Below, in pieces: positions 28,121 through 37,660 of a DNA stretch of 64,000 nt (position 1 is its first letter; the number at the start of each line of letters is the position of its first letter). The stretch comes from Prosthecobacter debontii (lineage in GTDB: Bacteria; Verrucomicrobiota; Verrucomicrobiia; Verrucomicrobiales; Akkermansiaceae), in NCBI GenBank assembly GCA_945862245.1, contig CAMAXN010000004.1, positions 442 to 64,441 of the forward strand, read 5' to 3'. The notes under the pieces were generated by a model. That model did no database searches, had not been told where the DNA came from, and saw only the letters and a list, made by a program, of their open reading frames with translations. The translations under genes and the position numbers were made by a program.

Positions 28121-29456
28121 TTTCCAACGCCTTTCGGCACTGATCCTCGGTATGACGGCTTGCTCCGCCATAGCTGCCGATGTTTTGCTAAAAGGCGATG
28201 CAAAGCTTTCCGGCGACATTCTGGGTATTGCCGATGACGGTACGATCACACTTCAAACACCCATTTCGGAAAAAGCACTCATACTTAGTGCCGATCAGGT
28301 GGAGAAGGTTTTATTCGGTAATGCGGGTAAGGATATTGAATTGCCAATGCAAAGAATTGAACTTTCAAATGGCGACATCCTACCGGTGAAGGTCACATCC
28401 ATGGAAGGAGACATTTTTAATGTGGAGTCCCCAATTCTCGGACCACTGGCTATCCCACGTGATAAGATCACCACACTGCAGTTGGGAATCGTTCCGAAAA
28501 AAGTCATCTATGCTAATCCAAAGGGGATCGATGACTGGTCTCAGAACGATCCTGTTCTGCAGGCTTGGTCTTATAGTGATGGTCGTTTTCTTGCAAGAGG
28601 GCCGGGGGTGCTGACACGAGACATGAAACTTACGGAAAAATTTATCCTGAAGTTTACATTCGGCTGGCAAAGCCAGCCCAATTTCCAGTTTAGCTTCGCC
28701 CATGCACCATGGTCAGGTGATACGGGACAGGACAGGTACCTCGCCGAGTTCAACGGTTTTGGATTTACTGTTTTCCGAGAAAATATGAATGGTATTCGTA
28801 GCCCTTTCATCCAGTTGGCACATAGCCCGGAGCATATCGCAAAGCGGCAGATCGATGTGGAAATCCGTGTTGATCGCACCAGAGGTTTGCTTGAAATCCG
28901 CATTGATGGCATACTCAAAGGGCGCTTTTCGGACACACATGAGCCCATACCGGCTGGAACCTGTGTTTCGCTTACTAGTATCTCAAATAAGACTAAGGAC
29001 AGTGGGCAATATCTTCGTGATTTCACGATTCTAGATTGGGATGACCGCGGTGACAGGCACCGGAGCGAGGAGAGGGGCGACGGCAAAGCTGATTCGTTGA
29101 TCGGGCGCTACGGAGAGAGGTTCGGTGGTAAATTGGAAAGCGTCCGTGCCGATGGTGTATCAACGGTATATGTTTTCAAAAGCGATTTCCAGAAAGAGCC
29201 GCTGAAACTTCCTGAAGAGGAGGTTTCCACCTTGTTCTTTGGCGGGCAGGACAAACCTTCCAAATCGTCATCCACAAGTGGACTAATCCTTGGGTTGCGC
29301 GGGCAGGGTTTCATGCGGGTTGTCTCGTGTGTGATGGATGCGGATTCGGTTATAGTCGATCACATCTTGCTAGGTTCCTTGAAGTTCAGTCGCGATGGTA
29401 TATCATCTTTGAAACAGATATATGTGCCGAAGTTAAAGCCTCAAACTAAACGATGA
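28098..29456 (+). CDS. Secreted paralogue 2 (same architecture)
   Basis: 452 aa. Signal peptide LSALILGMTACSAIA. IELSNGDILPVKVTSMEG; core FILKFTFGWQS..GLLEIRIDGILKGRF..LRDFTILDWDD. The start may be 28107. Confidence 0.7.
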   Translation: MIGMRNFNFQRLSALILGMTACSAIAADVLLKGDAKLSGDILGIADDGTITLQTPISEKALILSADQVEKVLFGNAGKDIELPMQRIELSNGDILPVKVTSMEGDIFNVESPILGPLAIPRDKITTLQLGIVPKKVIYANPKGIDDWSQNDPVLQAWSYSDGRFLARGPGVLTRDMKLTEKFILKFTFGWQSQPNFQFSFAHAPWSGDTGQDRYLAEFNGFGFTVFRENMNGIRSPFIQLAHSPEHIAKRQIDVEIRVDRTRGLLEIRIDGILKGRFSDTHEPIPAGTCVSLTSISNKTKDSGQYLRDFTILDWDDRGDRHRSEERGDGKADSLIGRYGERFGGKLESVRADGVSTVYVFKSDFQKEPLKLPEEEVSTLFFGGQDKPSKSSSTSGLILGLRGQGFMRVVSCVMDADSVIVDHILLGSLKFSRDGISSLKQIYVPKLKPQTKR

Positions 29457-30835
29457 AACATGCCATTATACATCTTTTAATGACGATTAGCTGTTTTGCC
29501 CAGCAGGATCTATCTGTCTTGCGATTTTCCAACGGTGACCAACTGACTGGCGATCTAATGGCTTTAACTGGAAAAAAGATTTCTTGGAAATCTCTATTAC
29601 TCAAGGAGCCTGCCGAGTTCAATCTTAAATACTTGATGGATCTGGAATTTCCTGTCGGTGCACCTCCCGCAGACCTACCAGTGGCCGCGCATGAGGCCAT
29701 GATTGGGATGACAAATGGCGATACGTTACGGGGACAACTCGCGGGCATAACGGAGTCAGAAATCCGGCTGGCGACTTGGTATGCAAACGAACTGGTGCTG
29801 AAGCGAGTGAACGTGAAATCAGCTAAGATTTCCAACATCGCTGATATCTATTATCGTGGTCCAAACAGTATAGAGGAATGGGCACATAGCGACGGTGCGG
29901 ACGCCTGGAGTTTTCGTGGAGGCGCCCTCCACTCCAAGTCTCCCGGTGGTATCGCTCGTGAGATCAATTTACCTGATCAATGCGTTATTTCTTTTGAGGC
30001 AGCATGGCGCGGTGCATTCAGCCCCAAGATTATTTTCTATTCCAAGAACATCTCCTCGCCTTCCCAGCCAGATTCCGGTTTTGAGATGAGTTTTCAAGGC
30101 AACTCGGTTCATGTTAAAAAAACTGGTGCCAATAATAATTGGATAGGGTATTCCTCTAACGCTGGAGTACTCAGAGAAAAGGAAAAAGCGCGCATCGAAA
30201 TCAAGGTCAGCTTGGCTAGCGGTAAAATCGCGCTATTTGTGAATGATCAGTTCATTGACGTATGGCAAGCTGACGCGGTGGATCGAGATACCATCGGCAA
30301 AGGCTTTCACATCGTATCCAAGGATAGTTTGCCTCTGCGTATTTCAGATATTGAGGTTTCGGGCTGGGATGGCTACCTTGAGAACGTCCCCAACCCCAGG
30401 GCGCAATTCCAGGGCGCGTTCGACGGTGGTTTTAATCTAGATGGCCCTGCCTTCAGTGAGGAGACCATACCCGAGGGACGTATGCAGCTCCGCAATGGAG
30501 ATACGATCGAGGGCGAGGTGATCAGCATTAAAGGTGAGGAAATCACACTCAAGACCCCATTTGCCGAAGTGAAATTTCCAGTCGGGCGGCTGAAAAATCT
30601 CTCCTTGTCCAAAGATTCAATGGAGGAGGCAAAGCTCGAGAACGGCGATGTACGCGCTACCCTAGCGGACGGGTCGTGTCTGGTCTTCCGCCTCGACGCG
30701 GTAGAAAAAGACGCCATCATCGGCTACAGCCAGAACTTCGGCACCGCAAGGTTTAGCATGAACGCGTTCAAGCGTATCGAATTCAATCTCTATCCGAGAT
30801 ATGGCGAAGCCATCAGGCCCATTGTAGAATGGTAG
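29453..30835 (+). CDS. Secreted paralogue 3 (same architecture)
   Basis: 460 aa. LRFSNGDQLTGDLMAL, IGMTNGDTLRGQLAGI; core CVISFEAAWRG..GKIALFVNDQFIDVW..LRISDIEVSGWDG; LRNGDTIEGEVISIKG. Confidence 0.7.
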   Translation: MKHAIIHLLMTISCFAQQDLSVLRFSNGDQLTGDLMALTGKKISWKSLLLKEPAEFNLKYLMDLEFPVGAPPADLPVAAHEAMIGMTNGDTLRGQLAGITESEIRLATWYANELVLKRVNVKSAKISNIADIYYRGPNSIEEWAHSDGADAWSFRGGALHSKSPGGIAREINLPDQCVISFEAAWRGAFSPKIIFYSKNISSPSQPDSGFEMSFQGNSVHVKKTGANNNWIGYSSNAGVLREKEKARIEIKVSLASGKIALFVNDQFIDVWQADAVDRDTIGKGFHIVSKDSLPLRISDIEVSGWDGYLENVPNPRAQFQGAFDGGFNLDGPAFSEETIPEGRMQLRNGDTIEGEVISIKGEEITLKTPFAEVKFPVGRLKNLSLSKDSMEEAKLENGDVRATLADGSCLVFRLDAVEKDAIIGYSQNFGTARFSMNAFKRIEFNLYPRYGEAIRPIVEW

Positions 30836-30888
30836 CTGTATCTGCGTAGCAGGCTGCTCGCTCCCTCTGTCTCTGAGCGAATCGACTC

Positions 30889-31989
30889 TCAGAAATTAAG
30901 CTTCAAAAGATCCTTAGGCAGAAAGACACCATTCTTGCGTATAAGTTTATCGTCGAATCGTATCTCACCACCTCCATAGTCCTTGCGCTGTATGCTAACC
31001 ATGTCCCAGTGCACCTGCGAGCGGTTGCCGTTGTCAGCGATCTCGTAGGCCTGTCCTGGCGTAAAATGAAAAGAACCCGCGATCTTTTCGTCGAATAGGA
31101 TGTCGCGCATCGGCTGGCGGATATGCGGGTGGAATCCCAGCGCGAACTCGCCGATATAGCGAGCGCCCACATCGGAATCAAGGATGCGGTTGATCTCCTT
31201 GGTCTTCGAGCCGGCCTCTGCCTTGGTGATTTTACCCTCTTTGAACTCCAGCCGTATCGCGTCGAATGCAATGCCTTGGTAGATCGTCGGTGCGTTGTAG
31301 GTGATGACGCCATTGACCGAATCCTTGACGGGGGAGGTGAAGACCTCACCGTCGGGGATGTTATAGTTACCGCCGGAGGCGACGGCAGGGATGTCCTTAA
31401 TAGAGAATCTGAGATCAGTACCAGGCCCGGCAATGTGCACTTGGTCGGTCTTATTCATCAGTTTTACCAGTGCGTTCATGGCGGGGGTTAGTGCCTTGTA
31501 GTCGAGAAGGCAGACCTTAAAAAAGAAGTCCTCGAAAGCCTCAGTGCTCATGTTCGCTTGCTGCGCCATAGCGGGCGTAGGCCAACGCAGAACACACCAT
31601 TTGGTTTTTTTCACCCGGTGATCCATTACACCCCGCATTTTTCTCGCGGCGAGTTGCATGGAGCTAGCCGAGACATCGGAGGTTTCGGAAATGTTGTGGC
31701 TACCACGCACCGCGATGTAGGCATCCATATCTTTTATCTCTGTTAATAAATGCTTAGCAATAATCTGGTATTGCTGGTCTTCTGCTCCGTTGAGCATTTC
31801 ACGGGTGATGCCTGCTTGATGGATGCGGATGAAGGGAAGGGCTTTCCGTTTCCTGACCTCGCGGATCAGCGCGATGCCGATGGAGTCGGGTACGTCGTAT
31901 AGGTCGATCAAGATTTTTTCGCCTCTTTTCAGGGACGTGGAGTATCCCACCAATTGGCTGGCGAGGGCGTCAATTCGCGGGTCGTACAT
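30889..31989 (-). CDS. M29-family (AmpS/PepS-like) aminopeptidase
   Basis: 366 aa. N-terminus [29 protein letters not shown]. The overall pattern is recalled from thermophilic metalloaminopeptidases. Confidence 0.65.
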   Translation of the reverse strand: MYDPRIDALASQLVGYSTSLKRGEKILIDLYDVPDSIGIALIREVRKRKALPFIRIHQAGITREMLNGAEDQQYQIIAKHLLTEIKDMDAYIAVRGSHNISETSDVSASSMQLAARKMRGVMDHRVKKTKWCVLRWPTPAMAQQANMSTEAFEDFFFKVCLLDYKALTPAMNALVKLMNKTDQVHIAGPGTDLRFSIKDIPAVASGGNYNIPDGEVFTSPVKDSVNGVITYNAPTIYQGIAFDAIRLEFKEGKITKAEAGSKTKEINRILDSDVGARYIGEFALGFHPHIRQPMRDILFDEKIAGSFHFTPGQAYEIADNGNRSQVHWDMVSIQRKDYGGGEIRFDDKLIRKNGVFLPKDLLKLNF

Positions 31990-32085
31990 GGGCAGATAGT
32001 TAAAGGGAATTCAACGATGTGAAACAGAAAATACCGGAAAAATATAATTATCTATAGGATGTGACAACGTATCCATTTAGCGCAA

Positions 32086-33474
32086 TTAAGAGTAGGAGGA
32101 TTCCACTCGCTCTGCGACATCGCGGTAGCCGTAATCGACCTCATAGATTTTTTTGAACGAATCCAACGCGGCAACCTTATCTCCCATGTCATGGTGTATG
32201 AGTCCTTTTTCATAAAGGACTTCCTTTTTGGTGCCATCCATTACGCTGAGATCGTCAAGCGCGTCACTAAGTTGCTTGATGGCGAGGTCGAACATGTTTT
32301 TTGCCCTGAAAGTCCTACCAAGAAGGAGTAATACCTTAGTGCGGATGTGCGGGCTGCGTGTTGCCTGTTGGAGGTGCGGAATGGCTGCGGTGTGTTCGCC
32401 GCTGCGATATAAGGCATAGCCGAGCTCAAAGCGGAGCTGGGGGTCAGTTGGGTTCTGGTTAACGCGAGCTTGGGACTCAGCGACCTGTTCTTGAAGACGT
32501 AGGGATCGACTATTTGAGAGTTCTGCCGCTAATGCTTCATCGTCGGGATTAGCTGCAACGGCGGCTTCGAGTTCCTTAAGTTCGCTCTCTAGGGCGCGGT
32601 CGCGCATCTGTGCAGATTTCGTCGCAAGGGCGATATCGCCGTTGCTTAGTGAGTGAGCCCAGTTGAAGAAAATATGCGCGTTCGACCAGTCCTCAAGTTG
32701 CTCATAAATCGCTGCGAGTTCCTTAACGGTGGCGATGTTATTTTGATCGGCATTATATTTCACGATCACGTTGTCGCGCCTTGACTCAAGCTGCTCACGA
32801 GTGAGACCTGAACGGGAATCCTTCTCAAGCTCCTCGCTTGCCGAGGCGTCACGCATTAGGTCGCGCATACTTGTATTCTCGTCCCAACGCGATTTTTTCA
32901 TCGATGCTCGCGCCGAGGTGTCCTTGGCTCCCTTGATTGCTGCGGAATCGTTGGGCACCTGCTTAATAATATCGTTGTAAACTTCGGTCGCCAAGGAGGG
33001 GTTTTCACGTGAAATGTAGAATTCGGCGAGCTTGTGGAGCAGTTTGACGTTCTCTGGCTTGTGCTTGCGGATAGTTTCCAACGCAAAGGCAGCTGTTTCG
33101 TAAAGCTCCATCCTGAGGGCTGTGTCGAATAAGAGTTCGTTGGCGCCATCGCTCACAGGGTCCTTTTCAAGTTCTTTTTCGATTAAAGGAAGGGTACCTG
33201 CGGGATCTTTCTTCGCTTGCCCTGCTAGCTTCATGCCTCCCATGGTGTTGCCAGACATATTGAAAATGCTCTTTTTTTTGTCGGCTTTCGAATGGATTTT
33301 TATCTCGCACTGGCGCAGAATATTTCGACCTTCAAGGAAAGCTGGTTCATCTTTAAGGACTGCCTGAAGAAGACTTATTGCGTATTCTAAATTGCCCATC
33401 TTAATAGCGCTGAGGGCTTTAAGCCATAACTGCTTGAGTGCGGGTGCGATTTCGGATTCTGTGATTTCTGCCAT
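32086..33474 (-). CDS. Tetratricopeptide-repeat protein (cytoplasmic)
   Basis: 462 aa. Repeated A/Y/L-patterned 34-aa helical pairs (e.g. LGYALYRSGEHTAAIPHLQQA). Confidence 0.7.
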   Translation of the reverse strand: MAEITESEIAPALKQLWLKALSAIKMGNLEYAISLLQAVLKDEPAFLEGRNILRQCEIKIHSKADKKKSIFNMSGNTMGGMKLAGQAKKDPAGTLPLIEKELEKDPVSDGANELLFDTALRMELYETAAFALETIRKHKPENVKLLHKLAEFYISRENPSLATEVYNDIIKQVPNDSAAIKGAKDTSARASMKKSRWDENTSMRDLMRDASASEELEKDSRSGLTREQLESRRDNVIVKYNADQNNIATVKELAAIYEQLEDWSNAHIFFNWAHSLSNGDIALATKSAQMRDRALESELKELEAAVAANPDDEALAAELSNSRSLRLQEQVAESQARVNQNPTDPQLRFELGYALYRSGEHTAAIPHLQQATRSPHIRTKVLLLLGRTFRAKNMFDLAIKQLSDALDDLSVMDGTKKEVLYEKGLIHHDMGDKVAALDSFKKIYEVDYGYRDVAERVESSYS

Positions 33475-33757
33475 GGTGGATTGATTTTTTAAAATATACC
33501 GCGTTTGGATACGATACAGGGATAAAGTGGTTATTGAAGCTTAGCTTGGCAAGCTCTGCCTTTATTCTAAAAACATGATTCACATAAAACTTGCCATCTT
33601 GTCAATTCAGGATAGTTAACGCCCTGTTTGCCGCTTTCGTGCGGGCTAGCGTCTCTTTTTCCGGTCTTCCTTCGATGAGGGATTGCAAGAGGTTAACTCC
33701 AAAAAATCATCGACAACCCCTTACCGATTCTCGGCGGTGTGGTTAATTTAAAAAGAT

Positions 33758-35053
33758 ATGATCTCTACATTTGAAGTGATGGCTCTAGCCGCACCCCTGA
33801 AACAGGTTCTAAACGAGTTAGAATACACCACCCCCTCGCCTGTCCAAGCACAGGCCATTCCGTTCCTTCTAGAAGGACGCGATCTTTTGGGATGTGCGCA
33901 GACTGGCACAGGGAAAACAGCAAGCTTTGCGCTGCCGATTCTTAACTCTATCCACAATAATCCGCGTGCTCTGCATCCGAAGCGATGCCGTTGCTTAGTG
34001 CTTGCACCGACTCGTGAACTTGCGATTCAAGTAGGAAAAAGCTTTTCCACCTACGGGCAAAAAATTCGTTTTCGCCAGACGCTAATCTACGGAGGTGTCG
34101 GTCAGACCCCACAGGTTTCAGCGATGCGGCCTGGAGTTGATGTCCTTGTAGCGACTCCGGGACGGTTGCTGGATTTAATCGAGCAAAGGCACGTCGATCT
34201 CACTGCGGTCGAGTTTTTAGTCCTTGATGAAGTCGATCGCATGCTTGACATGGGTTTTTTGCGAGATGTGAAACGTATTCTAGCGATACTCCCGCAGAAT
34301 AAGCAGTCTCTATTTTTTTCCGCCACACTGGCTCCGAATATTGTGGAGCTAGCAAAAACGTTTCTGCGCGATCCAGCTCGCGTTTCCATCACTCCGGAAG
34401 TGACGACCGCTGAGCGCATCGAGCAGAGGCTTTGCTTCGTGGATCGCGGCAACAAGATGTATCTTTTGGAACAGTTACTCGACGAACAGGCGAAAGCCGA
34501 GACCTCAAAACTTACCATCGTTTTCAACCGCACAAAACATGGTGCAAACAAGATCGCCAAGGCTCTTACTGCCGCTGGCTACGAATCGGAAGCGATCCAC
34601 GGCAACAAGTCACAGGCGCAGCGCGAGAAGGCTCTTGCCAGGTTCAAACAGGGACTTGTACCAGTTCTCGTCGCCACCGATGTGGCGGCGCGTGGCGTCG
34701 ACGTTAAGGATGTGGGATTGGTAGTAAACTATGATCTTCCAAATGAGCCAGAAGCCTATGTCCACCGTATCGGCCGCACCGGCCGCGCAGGTGCCAATGG
34801 TATGGCCGTATCCTTCTGTGCAGAGGACGAGATCGATTTCCTACGCGATATCGAGAAAACGATCAAGAACGTGATTCCACGTTTAAGTGACCACCCATGG
34901 CATAGCGAATCCCTCAAACAGAAGTACATTAGCGGATACAAGCCCCCCGCAGTGAAACAAGGCGGCAGGAGTGTCCAAAAGGGTGGCAGGGGGAACCGCC
35001 GCGGGGGTGGTTTTAGCAATGGTAATGGCAGTAGCCGGGCGCATTCCGCTTGA
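33758..35053 (+). CDS. DEAD-box ATP-dependent RNA helicase (RhlE-like) with a basic G/R tail
   Basis: 431 aa. Q-motif TPSPVQ, AQTGTGKT, VLDEVDRMLDMGF (DEVD in place of DEAD), SAT, HRIGRTGRAG, C-terminal GGRGNRRGGG. Confidence 0.85.
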   Translation: MISTFEVMALAAPLKQVLNELEYTTPSPVQAQAIPFLLEGRDLLGCAQTGTGKTASFALPILNSIHNNPRALHPKRCRCLVLAPTRELAIQVGKSFSTYGQKIRFRQTLIYGGVGQTPQVSAMRPGVDVLVATPGRLLDLIEQRHVDLTAVEFLVLDEVDRMLDMGFLRDVKRILAILPQNKQSLFFSATLAPNIVELAKTFLRDPARVSITPEVTTAERIEQRLCFVDRGNKMYLLEQLLDEQAKAETSKLTIVFNRTKHGANKIAKALTAAGYESEAIHGNKSQAQREKALARFKQGLVPVLVATDVAARGVDVKDVGLVVNYDLPNEPEAYVHRIGRTGRAGANGMAVSFCAEDEIDFLRDIEKTIKNVIPRLSDHPWHSESLKQKYISGYKPPAVKQGGRSVQKGGRGNRRGGGFSNGNGSSRAHSA

Positions 35054-35295
35054 TGCGCCGATCCAGTGGTCAGAAACTAGCAGATGTGGATGCCGTCCAA
35101 ATTGCGGGAATTGAGTGGACGCCTAGTTTCATATCGCCGGTATCGTTCTAGCTCATTCCGCTTATTATGAAAAGATGGATAATGCGTATCGCATGAAATT
35201 ATGCTCATGTTTTAACGTGTAAAAGGCCGTCCCCGAAAAGCGATGCTGCAGTGCTTGAGAGAAAGTGGCGGTGTGTGAATTTCACTGTAAGGCAA

Positions 35296-36843
35296 TCAAT
35301 CTTCTTTTAGGAAATCCAAGAGGTGAGTTGCGAACTTTTTCGAGAAGCCTCGGATCAGAGCTATCTCCTCTGGCTCCGTTTTCCGCAGTCGTTCGATAGA
35401 TCCAAAGGTTTTTAGTAGCATAGCTTTTTTGCTTGGCGACATGCCGGGACAATCATCAAGGGCGCTTTCCTTCATCCGACGGCGGTAGAGCAATTCGTTG
35501 TAGCCGTTGGCGAAGCGGTGCGCTTCATCGCGGATGCGCTGGAGGAGCTTGAGCGCGCCGCAGTCGTGTGGGATGAGCAGGGGGGTGGACTCGCCTGGGA
35601 AAAATATTTCTTCCCGCTGTTTCGCGAGGCCGATCAGCGGGAGATCCTGCAAGCCGAGTTTACGGAGTTCCTTGAATGCGCTGGAAAGCTGGCCTTTACC
35701 GCCATCTACGATCACGAGATCCGGAATGATAATCTTTGCCTTGCCCGCTTTTGCCAGTCGCCGTTGCGCCTCAATCAGCGACTCCTGCGAGTGTTCCAAT
35801 TCCTCGCACATATTATCCTTAAGAATTCGGGAGTAGCGGCGGTATACGACCTCAGCCATCGATGCAAAATCGTCCTGTCCCTCGACCGTGCGGATGCGGT
35901 ATTTACGGTAGTTACTGTTATCGGGTATGCCGTCTGTGAAGCGCACCATCGAGGCGACGATGTGGTTCGAGGATACATTAGAGATATCGAAACATTCCAT
36001 CACGCGCGGCGGGCCCTCTAGGCCCAAGGCTACACCGAGATCCGCGAGATCTTCGGTAGGCTTAACCGTGGTTGGCACACCGCGACCGCGGGAAAACTGG
36101 CGGGTAGGGGAGAGTGTTTTGCGAAGATTCTCCAATACATCGCGTAGGATCGCAGCATTCTCAAAATTAAGCGCCTCCGCGTGCTCCTGCATTTCTTCTT
36201 CCAGTTCCTCAAAGATCGCTTTCTTGCCTTTTCCTTCCAAGATCACACAAGCCTCCTCCACTCTCGCGAGATAGTCTTTGTGGGAAACACGTCCGATGCA
36301 TGGCGCGGAGCAGTTGCGGATGATGTCGGCGTTGCAGTGGCGGTAATCGGCTTCGCCGGGGTTGGCCGGCCGGCAGACACGGAGACCTAGGCGGCGGTTT
36401 AGCCAGTCCAGCGTGTCGCGTAACGCGGAGGAGTGAGGAAATGGCCCAAAGTATCGCGCGCCGTCCTCCTTTTTCGTCCGCACCGCCCCAAACCTCGGAA
36501 ATGAATCGGCCATACGGACGCGGACATGTAGAAAGCGCTTATCGTCTCGAAACGCCACGTTGTAGCGTGGGCGGTAGTTTTTGATCAGTTTACCCTCAAG
36601 TAGCAGGGATTCTTGCTCATTGCGCACCTCATGGATCTCGAAATCATGAATCGAATCCATAAGTGCGCGGTTTTTCAGGTTCGCCCTAGTTTTCCGCGAG
36701 GGTGTGAAATAGGAGGACAGCCGCCGCTTAAGATCCAGCGCCTTGCCCACGTAAATGACAGATCCGAGGCGGTCTTTCATCAGATACACGCCGGGCTTGT
36801 GGGGCACGTCGCGGAGCTTGGTCTTGAGTTCTTGGGAAACCAT
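35296..36843 (-). CDS. uvrC: Excinuclease ABC subunit C
   Basis: GIY-YIG GVYLMKDRLGSVIYVGKALDLKRRLSSYF, a UVR domain, the endonuclease domain ECFDISN, and a C-terminal HhH. The start is set at ATG 36843, because the track start at 37065 overlaps the divergent gene at 36947. Confidence 0.85.
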   Translation of the reverse strand: MVSQELKTKLRDVPHKPGVYLMKDRLGSVIYVGKALDLKRRLSSYFTPSRKTRANLKNRALMDSIHDFEIHEVRNEQESLLLEGKLIKNYRPRYNVAFRDDKRFLHVRVRMADSFPRFGAVRTKKEDGARYFGPFPHSSALRDTLDWLNRRLGLRVCRPANPGEADYRHCNADIIRNCSAPCIGRVSHKDYLARVEEACVILEGKGKKAIFEELEEEMQEHAEALNFENAAILRDVLENLRKTLSPTRQFSRGRGVPTTVKPTEDLADLGVALGLEGPPRVMECFDISNVSSNHIVASMVRFTDGIPDNSNYRKYRIRTVEGQDDFASMAEVVYRRYSRILKDNMCEELEHSQESLIEAQRRLAKAGKAKIIIPDLVIVDGGKGQLSSAFKELRKLGLQDLPLIGLAKQREEIFFPGESTPLLIPHDCGALKLLQRIRDEAHRFANGYNELLYRRRMKESALDDCPGMSPSKKAMLLKTFGSIERLRKTEPEEIALIRGFSKKFATHLLDFLKED

Positions 36844-36946
36844 TATTGATGAGGCAAGGAAATCCTGCCTAAGCTGACGCGGATTAGAAAGGTTGCAATA
36901 GTCCGGTATTTGTAATAATTCACCGCCTCTGTATTGAAATCGCGTC

Positions 36947-37591
36947 ATGTCCTTGAAGAGAACTGCATTCCTAACCCTCGGGCTCGCGTTGGCATTCCTA
37001 GCTAGTTGCGCGAACGTCAGGCCTCCTGAGCCAGAGTTCTCGAAGACAGATCCGAAATATATCAACCCGTACGAACCCGGTAGCTACGACCATTTCAAGG
37101 CAGAAAAAAACTATCCTAAGACATACAATGTCTGGAGAAACATCCAGTTACTTCCGGAGACGGATTCATCAAACTCATGGGTCAAGATCGACCTCAAGCA
37201 GCAGCGTGGTATGTTAATGAATGGTGAGGAGGTGGTCATGGACTACCCGATTTGCTCTGGCACGAAAAGTCGCCCAACGCCTACGGGCGATTACAAGGTG
37301 CTCGAGAAAATCGTAGATAAGAGTTCCAATATGTATGGAAAAATCTATGATGCCGAGGGTGTTTTGATCAACGGCGACGCAGATTTCAATAAGGATCCCA
37401 TCCCAGACGGTGGCAGTTTCGTCGGTGCCCCTATGCGCTACTGGATGCGTATCACTTGGAATGGAGTCGGGCACCACATCGGTCCGGTGCTCCGCTATCC
37501 CGCCTCACATGCTTGTATACGCGGTCCGAGCGGCATCATGCCTACCGTTTATTCGAAGATGGATCTCGGCTCACGTATACTAGTTGAATGA
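36947..37591 (+). CDS. L,D-transpeptidase (YkuD-domain) lipoprotein
   Basis: 214 aa. Lipobox LAFLASC. Catalytic HHIG..PASHACIRG. Confidence 0.8.
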   Translation: MSLKRTAFLTLGLALAFLASCANVRPPEPEFSKTDPKYINPYEPGSYDHFKAEKNYPKTYNVWRNIQLLPETDSSNSWVKIDLKQQRGMLMNGEEVVMDYPICSGTKSRPTPTGDYKVLEKIVDKSSNMYGKIYDAEGVLINGDADFNKDPIPDGGSFVGAPMRYWMRITWNGVGHHIGPVLRYPASHACIRGPSGIMPTVYSKMDLGSRILVE

Positions 37592-37660
37592 GGCTGTGTT
37601 TACCTATTAACTCGGATCTATCAACTCTGGCGGATTTTTGAAATTTGGATAAGATCAGGA

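Noticed and set aside
36844-37065. 74-aa N-terminal extension of uvrC in the ORF track
   Set aside because: It overlaps the divergent L,D-transpeptidase gene. The GIY-YIG domain begins right after the internal ATG at 36843.
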